A stretch of 64,000 nt of DNA from Pseudovirgaria hyperparasitica (lineage: Eukaryota), in the NCBI GenBank assembly GCA_010093815.1, contig ML996571.1; one strand, 5' to 3'. This document shows positions 47,244 through 57,532 of this stretch, piece by piece; position 1 is the stretch's first letter; every line of letters starts with the position of its first letter. The notes beneath the pieces were generated by a model. It ran no database searches. It was not told the origin of the DNA and saw nothing but the letters and a program-made list of their open reading frames with translations. Both the position numbers and the translations under genes were made by a program.

Positions 47244-48359
47244 ATGGCGCGATCCCGCACCCCAGAGGGGCGGCCGTCTCCCTCGTATTTTGCGTCAATG
47301 GATTTCTTCACCAACCGATCTAAGGAGCTTCAAGCGAGCATGGCGAATCCTGAGTCGCTACCAAAACGCATAACAACCCCTGCTGGGCAGCGTCTTTCCG
47401 TTATCGTGGAGGACAAACACATGTCAACGCACTCGCGATGGACGAAATCAACAGCTGCTCTCCCAAGACAACCGATGGACTCAGTATCAGAAGGCGACAG
47501 CGTTGGCGATGAGAAACTCAATCAATTGCGAGCCCTCCGAGAAAAGAAACAGATCGCGAAAAGAGGAGGATGGAAACGCCTTGCTCTTGTGATAGTACTG
47601 TTCATCTGTGTCATCGTCGCGGTCGTCGTGGGTATCGTCTTCGGTCTGCGCGAACGGAACAAGAACAACCACCATGATTCTTCCGGGAACACTGGCAACA
47701 CTTCGCCGACATCTTCAGCTCCTCCAACAGCTACCGACGCGTCTGGCAGACCGGTGGATTTCCCTGCTGGCTCATACTCCATGTCTACGTACCTGGATAC
47801 CGTACAAGCGAATTGTACGGAGAACGCAGCTACTTGGACGTGCCCACCGTATCAGACCTACAACGAAAACCCCGGACAACAGCCAACAACATTCAACTGG
47901 GTCATTACTAAGGACGGTGACTCGTATAAGATTTCTCAAAACGGCAACAATCCTTTCGCTTTGTTCGATTTGGACGGTCAGACTCTTACTTTGGTCGACG
48001 AGGGTCAAGACTCTGAACGCTACACTTTCCGCATGACGATGAACAAATCGAACATGCCATCTGCAGATATCACTGGCCAGAACATCGCTTCGACGTGTTA
48101 CTTCAACGGAACAACCGTTACGGGCACGCTCTACACCAAGATGGAAAGAGACTATCCTTCGTCGAATGCACAAGCATCAGCCTACCTTCCGTGGCCCTAC
48201 AAAGTCAGAGTAGAACAGACTATTGCTGGAGGTGACAATGTCCCCGCCTGTTATCGGAATGACAATCAGCAACAGATCACCGATGGTCTTTCCGCACAGG
48301 GTGCGTCCACAATGTGCAGCTGTTTGTACAGGAATTGGTTGACTCCCGATCCGAACTGA
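47244..48359 (+). CDS. Single-pass (type II) membrane protein of unknown function
   Basis: ATG 47244; RGGWKR followed by a hydrophobic helix; Ser/Thr linker; luminal Cys domain FPAGSYS..CT.NAATWTCPPY...CSCLYRN. Confidence 0.8.
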   Translation: MARSRTPEGRPSPSYFASMDFFTNRSKELQASMANPESLPKRITTPAGQRLSVIVEDKHMSTHSRWTKSTAALPRQPMDSVSEGDSVGDEKLNQLRALREKKQIAKRGGWKRLALVIVLFICVIVAVVVGIVFGLRERNKNNHHDSSGNTGNTSPTSSAPPTATDASGRPVDFPAGSYSMSTYLDTVQANCTENAATWTCPPYQTYNENPGQQPTTFNWVITKDGDSYKISQNGNNPFALFDLDGQTLTLVDEGQDSERYTFRMTMNKSNMPSADITGQNIASTCYFNGTTVTGTLYTKMERDYPSSNAQASAYLPWPYKVRVEQTIAGGDNVPACYRNDNQQQITDGLSAQGASTMCSCLYRNWLTPDPN

Positions 48360-48849
48360 TGTGTACATCTTGAGGATGGTGTTTAATATACAATTGTAAT
48401 GTAATATAATATGCGAGCACCCCTGCGCTTGGGTCCTTTTTGGAGCGTGGAGTACGCTGGCATTGCGGTTTCATTTGTGATCATTGCTCTGCTTTCCAGT
48501 GTGACATGTGGCTTCAATAGAATATATTGAGTTTTACCTTATTCTGAAATGTTTACGCAGCGTCTACGTTGTCTTGAAATTATCAGTGTGAAAGCAAGTG
48601 TAAAGAGGAACCATTGGTTGGGATTTTGTCCGATGGACGGAATGATTGATGGATCCGTGCGTCCTGGGTGAACCCTGAGGTCATCCACCATCCAAAGTCT
48701 GGCGCGGCGGAGCTTTCAAAATACAGCTACAGCACTTTTGTGTATTAGTTACTCCCTGCATATCGCTGCCGTCCCTCTACCTTCTCTACTCACCTCTGCT
48801 CTCTCTTCTACCTCTCTTTCAATCTCGGATATCCTCCACCCGTTTCAAG

Positions 48850-49693
48850 ATGGCGCTCGCATGGTACGGTCCTTAATGCTTGAAGCATTCGTCGTTAAGC
48901 TCAACCACTGACGTAGCTATACATCTAGGTATCAAGCAAAGGTTGCGCAGAGCCCTCTCATGACCCAGAGCATCACAACTGCTGTAAGAGCTCCCTCTTG
49001 AGCGTCCAAGCCTTGAACCACCGTCTCAAGCCTTCAATTGGCATCAATCGAGCATCGGCCCACGCCTGCCCCGCCATGGCTCTCTCCCACCACCTCTCAA
49101 GATCCAGGATGAAGAGCTCAAGCTAACTTCACACCCCCCAAACCAAGGTCCTTTTCGCGACTGGTGATGTCGCCGCCCAACAAGCCGTCGAAGGCGTCGA
49201 GAAACATAACTATGCCCGCACCGGTCGCATGGCCCTCTACGGCGGTGGTACGACCCTCTCTCTCCTTCCCTTGCCTCAAGACCACCCCCTTATCACCAAT
49301 CGAAACATTTATGCACACTTTTAATGACGTCAACCAGCAATCTTCGGTCCTGCTGCGACAAAGTGGTACCAGCTCCTCCAGCGCAACATCAATCTCCGCT
49401 CGCAAAACGCCACCATAGCCGCACGCGTCGCCGCCGACCAGCTGATCTTCGCGCCGACCAACTTGGCCTTCTTCCTCAGTAGCATGGCATACATGGAGGG
49501 CGCAGACCCAAAGCAGCGAGTCAAGGACGCATATGTGCCCGCGTTGACAAAGAACTTCATGGTGTGGCCGGGCGTGCAGGCTATCAACTTCAAGTTTGTG
49601 CCGCTGGACCAGCGCGTGCTTGTGGTGAACGTGGTCAGCTTGGGCTGGAACTGCTACTTGAGCTATGTGAACAGCTCTGGTGGGAAGAAATAG
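48850..49693 (+). CDS. SYM1: Mpv17/PMP22 family mitochondrial protein Sym1 (4 exons)
   Basis: [90 protein letters not shown]. Confidence 0.92.
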
Positions 49694-49996
49694 GCGTGCG
49701 GGTGATGTTGGCCTTGGGCTTCTTGTGTGTGTGAAACCGGGTTCACGGAGACTTCTGGCTGTGAGGCACGTCGAGCATTGCTGGCGTTTGGACTACTGTT
49801 CGAGCATCCATATTCCTACTGTAGGCAGATACCCCCTCTTCTCTGGCCTGTCAACTTTTCGTAGTTGTACCTAGGCATTCAAGTGCAATACAAAGAATTT
49901 CTATGCAGGGACACAAAACCCATCATCTACGCATGTGCTCGAGCTAGATACCGCGTAATATTACATAATATACAGTATATACAGATACAACGTTTC

Positions 49997-51643
49997 TTAC
50001 ATCCAATTTTCACACAACGCCTCGAACATCCTCCTCGCCTGGTCTACCTTCAAGCTCGCACCCGGCGCACCCTTCTCATTGTATGACACTTTCTCCCTTC
50101 CGTATATCGGAATGCCATGTTCCTGCAGTATATCGTCTGCCGCCTTTCCCATCCCTTGTCTCGCCCACGTCCGATGCCACACCTTCAGCGCCACAGTCCC
50201 CTCGTCAAGCTCATTATGTCCGACAACAGCCCCAAAATGGAAACCCTTGAGCCGCGCCTCGCCAATCTTGGCACTGAGCGATATGCCCCGCGTGTCCAGC
50301 GTTATTGGCAGACGCAGCGTATTGAGGGGCTGGGGGGAGGTGGATGGACCGGGTGTGCGGCCATGCAGGATATCGTGCACTTTGAAGGCATAGTTTACTA
50401 TTTCAGGCTTGTCGTTGAGCGTGAAGATGATGATGGGTCGGGGTGTGAGCCAGAAGGGGAGCGGCTTTGTTTTGTAGTCGGGGGCGCCGTGGGTGCGTGT
50501 CATCAAGATGTGCATGAAGCGTTCGATGCTGCCGAAGGCGGCGCGGTGGATCATGACTGGGCGATGTGATTTCTGGTCCGCGTCTTTGTAGCTGAGTTCA
50601 AAGCGTTGTGGGAGCTGGAAGTCCAGTTGGATTGTTGCGGCCTGTAAGGGTTCGCCGTAGCGCGTGTTGTCGGGGATCTGGATGTCGATTTTGGGGCCGT
50701 AGAAAGCGCCGTCACCTGGGTTGAGTTTCCAGGGAAGGCCGCTGTCTTCGAGAGCTTGTTTGAGATGTGATTCGGCGGTTGACCATTGGGAATCCTCGCC
50801 TATTGCACTTCCGTCGGTGGGCTTGGTGCTGAGTACGAGGTTAAAAGGGGGTAGGTCGAAGGTCTGGTAGACCATGCGGACGAAGCTGAGTTCCTTCAGA
50901 ATTTCGTCTTTGATTTGCTCGGGCGTGCAGAAGATATGACCGTCGTCTTGATGAAAGCGACGCACCCTGGTCAGACCACGAAGTGAGCCAGAGTTCTCAT
51001 TGCGATGGAGAGGGCTAAAGTCAGCGTAGCGGACTGGGAGTTCTCTATGACTCCAGGTTCGGTTACTGAATAGGACGCAGTGGCCCGGGCAGTTCATAGG
51101 CTTCAACCCAAACTCTTCGTCCTCGCCCACTTCTCCATCCTTGGTCGTACCAGTTGCTCCTCGACCAACAACGGAAAACATGTCTTGGGCATAGTTTTCC
51201 CAATGTCCTGATCTTTCCCATAACGACTTTTTGTATATAGTAGGTGTAACAACTTCAGAGTATCCTTGTTCTGCATGTTGAGCGCGGAGGAACTCGACCA
51301 AACGGTTGAAGACGTATGCGCCATCGGCATTGAAGAGTGGTGAGCCGGAACTGTAGTGGGATGTTTGGTATAGCCCGACAGAGTCGGCACTGAGTCGGCT
51401 ATCGGATGAAGGTTTAATAGCCTTGCCATTATATTCCTTCTTGATCTTCAAAGATCCTGAGGTTGAGGGTGCGCCCGAATTCACATCGATAGGATGCGAA
51501 GGCGCTTGCTCGCTTTGCTTCCGGACTGCAGTGCACGAGCATGTTCGTTTGTATGTAGGTGAGAGGACGTAAACATTAGGCTGGGCCGACCGGGCACATC
51601 GCGATACCTGCGAGATGCTTGAATGAAGTCGAAGAGCTCGCAT
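49997..51643 (-). CDS. MST1: Mitochondrial threonyl-tRNA synthetase (no N-terminal editing domain)
   Basis: ATG 51643 with an Arg/Ser-rich presequence; LWERSGHW, LKPMNCPGHC, LHRNE.SGSL.GLTRVRRFHQDDGHIFC, GAFYGPKID, TIQLDFQLP, MIHRA.FGSIERF. Confidence 0.92.
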   Translation of the reverse strand: MRALRLHSSISQVSRCARSAQPNVYVLSPTYKRTCSCTAVRKQSEQAPSHPIDVNSGAPSTSGSLKIKKEYNGKAIKPSSDSRLSADSVGLYQTSHYSSGSPLFNADGAYVFNRLVEFLRAQHAEQGYSEVVTPTIYKKSLWERSGHWENYAQDMFSVVGRGATGTTKDGEVGEDEEFGLKPMNCPGHCVLFSNRTWSHRELPVRYADFSPLHRNENSGSLRGLTRVRRFHQDDGHIFCTPEQIKDEILKELSFVRMVYQTFDLPPFNLVLSTKPTDGSAIGEDSQWSTAESHLKQALEDSGLPWKLNPGDGAFYGPKIDIQIPDNTRYGEPLQAATIQLDFQLPQRFELSYKDADQKSHRPVMIHRAAFGSIERFMHILMTRTHGAPDYKTKPLPFWLTPRPIIIFTLNDKPEIVNYAFKVHDILHGRTPGPSTSPQPLNTLRLPITLDTRGISLSAKIGEARLKGFHFGAVVGHNELDEGTVALKVWHRTWARQGMGKAADDILQEHGIPIYGREKVSYNEKGAPGASLKVDQARRMFEALCENWM

Positions 51644-52367
51644 TGCGAGCAATGTGAATAGCGGCTCGGTACGCGATATGCGAAGACCTGAAAGAAGTTC
51701 GCGACATTGGACCTAGCGCGTCCAAGGGTCCGCCATAGCTCTAAATTGTGGCTGGTGATGTCTATCGATAAGACTCTGCTATGGGTAGTGTAGCACAGCC
51801 ACATTATGGTTGTGCCGTTGAAGGCTCCGGGGCGGCCACTCTCGCTCCACTAAATAATTACTGAATACTGACTACAAGCTATTTCTATATTATACGGCAC
51901 GGTAAAATCATATAGTTTTGCTCGCATGTAGTGTCTCATGGCTCACCTATAGTTACTATAGCTGATGCCATACTCGATGAAGAGGCGCCCACAGTATGGA
52001 AAAAGAAAAAGGAAACCAAGCAGGGCTAGGAAACTGGGAGCTCATGACGCACCGCCATGGATATGAACGCCACTCCACTCTCAACGTGAAGGCAGCCTAA
52101 TGCAACTTCACATTCCTTTCTCTTACATCAACTATACGGTCTGTGTATCATATATAATGCTTCGTAGACCCTCGCATCACTCTTTACGTTTTCAGTGTTC
52201 CGTCAAACGTCTCCAGCATCTAAGCGCCCGGCTTGACGCTAGATAGCTACGCCTGCCAACAGGGGAGTTGTATTCTGTCAAAGGTCATACTTTACCGTTG
52301 CGTTTCTCTCACAAGTTTGTACTTCCACTCATCTGCCACCCTTCAAACTTGGTTATCTACACCTGCC

Positions 52368-54140
52368 ATGGCACGATCAAGCAAGAGTGGCCAGTCATCC
52401 GGCTTAGGCGACTCGTGGGCAACGGAGGAGTATCACGATGATCTAGACGCTCATATCAGCAGTGGAAGTAGTTTGGAAGCAGATACGACTGATGACCTTG
52501 AGGGCGAGTCCGAAGAAGAGATCCAGACACCTCCGCGTTCTTCAAAGAGGGACTCGCGCAATAGTCGTACTCCAGGCTCTGGTAAGGGCAAAGCGTCAGC
52601 TCTCGGTACGACCCAGACTCTACAGTCAAAGAATGCCACGCCCATCAGGAAATCATACCGCGTTAGCCCCAAGTCAAACTCAGTGGAGCCATTGCAGTCG
52701 TTCATAATGCCTTCTATGAGCGAGGATCAGCCTGGCAGCTCCTGGATCAAAGCCTCCGCGAACAATGCTACTAGGTCGCCCAGACGGAGGACTGCCGCGA
52801 CCCCAACACATTCTTCGGCTCGAATGCGAAAATCAACAAGTATCATGGATAATTCACGTCGAAAGGCTTTCAGCCATTCCACCGGATCACCACGACGTCC
52901 GTCAAAGATCCGCCACGAACAGCGTGACCCAGCACAGCCATTTCTAATTCTTGGTTATATCTGTTCTACTATGAAACCTCTCACAGACTTTGCACTGTCA
53001 GTATTTGGCATGATGATGGAAATGCTGAAACCTCTGATCGCCACCATTGGTGTCGTACTGGCCCTATACTTCTCCATCAGAGCCGCCCAGTCCTCTCTTA
53101 CCGCCGCCCTGGCCCCTATGTGCGCCATTCCTGGTGTCTCATTCCTTCACCTGCCTTTCTGTGAGCAGAGATCACAATACCAGGCATCTATTGAGTTTGA
53201 TCAACTTGTCAATGCCCAGTCCGCATTCGAAGAAGTGTTGTCATCTTCAACTGAAATCGCCGGCCTCCCTTACGATATGAAACGGAGTGAAGCTTCTATC
53301 CGCGACCTTCGCTCTGTGATCCAGCATTCATCCATCCCATCGCGCAATGAGCTCTCCTTTGAGTTTAGTAGCTTCATCGACGCGGCTCGTCACGCCTCTG
53401 CCGACCTAACCAAATTTGACACCCGTATCGGAGGCGCTGTGGACAAGATCATATCTACCAATCGCTGGACCTTGCAAGTTCTTGGTTCTCTCCAGAACGA
53501 TGAAGCGTCCAAAGGCGCTTTGTCCCGGACCTTTAGTGCCATAAATCCTTTCAGCTCGTCTTATAGCTCTCAGCACAAAATTTTGACGCAGTATCTGCGC
53601 CATGCTGCCGCCGTCGAAGACCAAGTTAATTCTGTCATTGCCGAAGCTCAAGGTCTTCTACTCCTCCTCAATATTCTGGACGAGCGTCTCGATACTATTG
53701 CTTCGATCGCCGCACGCGACGGCTATACTGTTAAAGATGCGCGTGATGAACTCTTCTCCTCGCTCTGGACTAAACTTGGCGGCAATACCTCCGCTCGCAA
53801 GAAGATTGACGAGAATCTCGGTTTGTTGCGTAGTGTGGGCAATTACCAGAAAGTCGCGTGGCGTCATGTCAGCGAGACGGTGGTCAAGCTACAGGAGATC
53901 AGCGCGCAGCTAGAGGACTTACGCGAGAGGGTGGCGGCACCTGGACTTGTGGGTGTCAGAGCAGATCTTCCGCTGCATCTGCATATCGAGAACATATTGT
54001 TGGGTGTGGAGAGATTGGATGGGGTGCGTGGGGAGAACAGGCGGGTGCAGGGGGATTTGTACCGCAGAATGGTGGCGGGAGACATTCCACTGGAGGGAGT
54101 AAAGGTGGTGGATGCAGATGTCGGAAAGCAGTCGTGGTGA
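52368..54140 (+). CDS. Conserved fungal membrane/coiled-coil protein of unknown function
   Basis: GCCATGG start at 52368; low-complexity N-terminus; hydrophobic segment; CAIPGVS.L.LPFC; MKRSEASIRDLR; LWTKLGGN. Confidence 0.8.
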   Translation: MARSSKSGQSSGLGDSWATEEYHDDLDAHISSGSSLEADTTDDLEGESEEEIQTPPRSSKRDSRNSRTPGSGKGKASALGTTQTLQSKNATPIRKSYRVSPKSNSVEPLQSFIMPSMSEDQPGSSWIKASANNATRSPRRRTAATPTHSSARMRKSTSIMDNSRRKAFSHSTGSPRRPSKIRHEQRDPAQPFLILGYICSTMKPLTDFALSVFGMMMEMLKPLIATIGVVLALYFSIRAAQSSLTAALAPMCAIPGVSFLHLPFCEQRSQYQASIEFDQLVNAQSAFEEVLSSSTEIAGLPYDMKRSEASIRDLRSVIQHSSIPSRNELSFEFSSFIDAARHASADLTKFDTRIGGAVDKIISTNRWTLQVLGSLQNDEASKGALSRTFSAINPFSSSYSSQHKILTQYLRHAAAVEDQVNSVIAEAQGLLLLLNILDERLDTIASIAARDGYTVKDARDELFSSLWTKLGGNTSARKKIDENLGLLRSVGNYQKVAWRHVSETVVKLQEISAQLEDLRERVAAPGLVGVRADLPLHLHIENILLGVERLDGVRGENRRVQGDLYRRMVAGDIPLEGVKVVDADVGKQSW

Positions 54141-54246
54141 AGACATAAAGATGATATGTTGCACTGCCTATGCGGCGCTTGAACGGCTTTAGCAATTCTA
54201 GTATAGTGTTGAGCGAGTTCTTTCTATAAAGCTCGATGTCTAAGTT

Positions 54247-55675
54247 TTATCCTATATTCTCGCCCCTAACCTCCTGTACACACCTCCTAACACCCCCAAC
54301 CTCGCCACACATGAATTCTACGTTCCTGCATATCATTCCCAGCTTTTGCGCCTCCTCCACAAACCCATCCATACTCCCTCCTACCCCAAAATACACTTTC
54401 TTCGCAGCTACGAGTGCTCTCGCGCCCGGCGCACGAGTGAGCAATCTACTCAACACAGAAGAAAAAGTGCGCGTAGCAGCTGGGGAGTAAATTGTTTCAG
54501 ACGCGAGGATGAGTGTCTCTACTGGCGATGAAATGTTCAGTGGGTAATTCGAAGGCATTGCCGACGGTGGCAAAAGCGCGTCGAACGACTCCGTCGCCCA
54601 GGAGCCTCCAATCAGTGTAATTCTGACTTCGTGCTGGAGTAGTGCTTTGAAGGCTTCTACGAGTGCAGGTGTAATCTCCAACGAGCCATTCTCCTGCCAG
54701 CTCTCACTACCAAAGGCTAACGGATTCGGATTTTCTGGGGCAAATGGATGTGTTTTGGCGGGAAGTGTCGATGCATATGTGAGGAGTAAATTAGGCAGAG
54801 TGGCATGTGTGAGAACGGTAGAATTGTAATCCGTTATTGTTAGTGTTAGGCCCTCAGGCTCCGCTTCGCCGCCAGCCAGTACGGTTCGCGATCTTAGATA
54901 CTGCCATAGAACTGTGGCGCTTGGGAGTGCTGTTCCTGCGCCTAGTTCAATGACAGTTCCGGGTCTTTTACCACTGGTCGCAGAGTCGAGTAATAGGGCC
55001 ACTAGATCTAAGCTACACTCCCACGTCTTGAACCCGCCTTCGTACACATTCGTTCGGATGTCCGCGTCGTCTAGGCCCGCAAGGAGAGCAGGTGAGTCTG
55101 ATTCATCTTCAGCGATAAGCTGAAGGCGTATGTCGAAGAGTTCGCGGCGGGGCAGGCGGAGTGTTGTGCCGCCGGGTGATGTTATTGAGATTGTGGTGTA
55201 TGCGATTTGCGACGGGAGGATGGAGAGCTGGGAATGTCAGAATGTTCTGGAAGATATTGACAAGATGTGGGTTTGGGCTGGAGGGGATGAAGGGGCTGAA
55301 CAAAGCATAACATGATGCTTGTGCTGATCATTGTTTGCATAACGACATGCTCGATGCTGATGCTTGAATTACGCGATGTGGTTTAGCGCCGGAACTCCGA
55401 CGGATTTCCGGGTGACGAAATCTGGTCAGAGAGGACGTAAGTCCGAGCAGTTTTGGGGCGAAGGGTATCCATGCAGTACGATATGTGTACTTGAAGTAGT
55501 AGGAGGCCTAAAAACTTACCAACGCGTCAATATCAAGTTTTTGTGGGGGTATCAAGTTTATGCTCTCCGTTTCATTGCTCGCAGAAGTAGAGGGTTCGCT
55601 CTGAGATGCTATGTTCAAAGTCTCGTCATCGGAATCATCACCACCGCTAAAGCCGAATGAAAAACCTTGTGACAT
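54247..55675 (-). CDS. HPM1: Histidine protein methyltransferase 1 (Hpm1/METTL18-like), 2 exons
   Basis: ATG 55675 MSQGFSFGFSGGD; phase-0 intron 55228-55519; RRELFDIRLQL, VYEGGFKTWECSLDL, ELGAGTALP, ASETIY, AKKVYFGVGG. Confidence 0.9.
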
Positions 55676-56174
55676 GATGATTCATCGTTGTAAGGGTTTG
55701 GCCATTAAGTTGCACTGGTGTTGATGACAAGGCAAATCCTCTAGTCAGGTTTTCCAACATTTAGCTTGGCACTTATGTAAGCCCCAAACCAGCTCCCGAC
55801 TTTCACTCCTAGTATCGAGGATGGAACTCCCTGTACCTGGCCTTAGCATCAACGCCGACTGCAGTGAGTGCAGGATCTCTTGCCAAGGCAATATGATGAT
55901 GGAACTACCTAGCGCTAACGGAGTTGCGATGCTCCAGCTTGATAGTGAGACGCAAGGCGGCGCTCATGCTCAGGCGATTGCTGAAGACATATAAGAAGCA
56001 GCCATAGACACTTCATTGTGAAGCACATCTTCCAATCGATCCCCAGCTTGGTATATCCCGGATTGCCCTTGACTCTTGTCTAATTTCGGAATCTTACGCA
56101 CAGAATCCGCTTCTCCCAAATCAAAAGATCAATCAAACACTACAGAGGATATCTGCTCGTTCAGCATATTCAGC

Positions 56175-57245
56175 ATGTCCAACGATTCATTCCATCCATA
56201 TGCCGACCGCCATGTCAACCCCAACGGTGCAGGCGACGCTCGTCCCACAGCCCTACAGGTTGTGCAGGATGAGGGTCTGGTTGGAAAATTGAGTGACAAA
56301 GTCGTGATTGTCACAGGCGCAGCCAGTGGTATTGGCGTTGAAACTGCTCGCGCCATGCACGAGACGGGTGCGAAGGTGTACATCATGGTTCGTGACACTA
56401 AGAAAGGTCAAGAAGTCGTGGACGAAATTCTGGAGAATAGTTCGATCAAGGCAGACATGGGTGTCATCCAAATCGACCTTGCTTCGCTCGCTTCTGTTCG
56501 CAAAGCTGCACAAGAATTCCTCAGTAAGGAGAGCAAACTCAACATCCTCATCAACAATGCTGGAGTCATGGCGATTCCAGAGCGAACGCTCAGTATTGAC
56601 GGCGTAAGTGCTGATGTGCATTCGTTTAATCCTTTACTAACTAAGCTTGAGCATGAACAACAATTCGCGGCCAACTACCTAGGTCATTTTCTTTTATTTC
56701 AACTACTCAAGTCGACACTCCTTTCTTCAGCATCGCCGGGCTCAGATTCGCGGGTCGTAGTCGTGTCTTCGAGTGGCCACCGCACGCAGCCACCTCAATT
56801 CCAGGACCTTACCTTTGAGAAGAATTACAGCCCTTGGGGTGCATATGGCCAAGCAAAAACAGCCACCATTTGGATGTCGAATGAGATCTTCCGACGTTAT
56901 TCTTCTCAGCATCTCACATCAACATCCCTCAACCCAGGCGGGATCTGGACACCTCTTCAGCGACACGTCTCGAAGGAGACACAGGAATCATGGGACAAGG
57001 ATCCGAATGTGCCGAAATTCATGAAGAGTCCTGAGCAAGGGGCGGCGACTTCAGTTTGGGCAGCGATCGGTAAGGTCTGGGAGGGTAATGGCGCCAAGTA
57101 CCTCGAGGACGTTGGCTTGTCATACGAAGTTGATAAAAGCGGAGATGTCAGTCCTGGTGGTTACGCTGCTCATGCTTTTGATGCTGAAGGGGCAGAGAAG
57201 ATGTGGAAAGTCAGTTGTGAGCTCACAGGGGTCAAAGATGACTGA
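56175..57245 (+). CDS. Short-chain dehydrogenase/reductase (retinol-DH/WWOX-like)
   Basis: ATG 56175; TGAASGIG, DLASLASV, INNAGVM, YGQAK (YxxxK), NPGGI; probable in-frame intron 56604-56651. Confidence 0.93.
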   Translation: MSNDSFHPYADRHVNPNGAGDARPTALQVVQDEGLVGKLSDKVVIVTGAASGIGVETARAMHETGAKVYIMVRDTKKGQEVVDEILENSSIKADMGVIQIDLASLASVRKAAQEFLSKESKLNILINNAGVMAIPERTLSIDGVSADVHSFNPLLTKLEHEQQFAANYLGHFLLFQLLKSTLLSSASPGSDSRVVVVSSSGHRTQPPQFQDLTFEKNYSPWGAYGQAKTATIWMSNEIFRRYSSQHLTSTSLNPGGIWTPLQRHVSKETQESWDKDPNVPKFMKSPEQGAATSVWAAIGKVWEGNGAKYLEDVGLSYEVDKSGDVSPGGYAAHAFDAEGAEKMWKVSCELTGVKDD

Positions 57246-57532
57246 AAAGTGTATGAAAGTCCACACCTGAATATCTCACTGCAACAATGAGGACGTCTCT
57301 GGTCTGTAAACATGGAGCTAAATTTTGTATATGTGCAATCCCTGCTTCGAAATGGATGCAATTTCGTAGCTGCTTCAATCCTGAATTGTTTATGGAGTAC
57401 GAGCATTTTTAACTAGCCTCGGCTACGCAGCGGGGGTCGGCAAATCGAGTGACCCGGTTATGTTCTCTACAGATACATGTTCAGGATACATAGAGTAATT
57501 CGTTGACGGGCTAATTATCTTTGTATACCAAC

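Noticed and set aside
49997..51643. ThrRS lacking the editing domain as a truncated gene
   Set aside because: Expected for fungal mitochondrial MST1-type enzymes; the presequence and catalytic motifs are intact.
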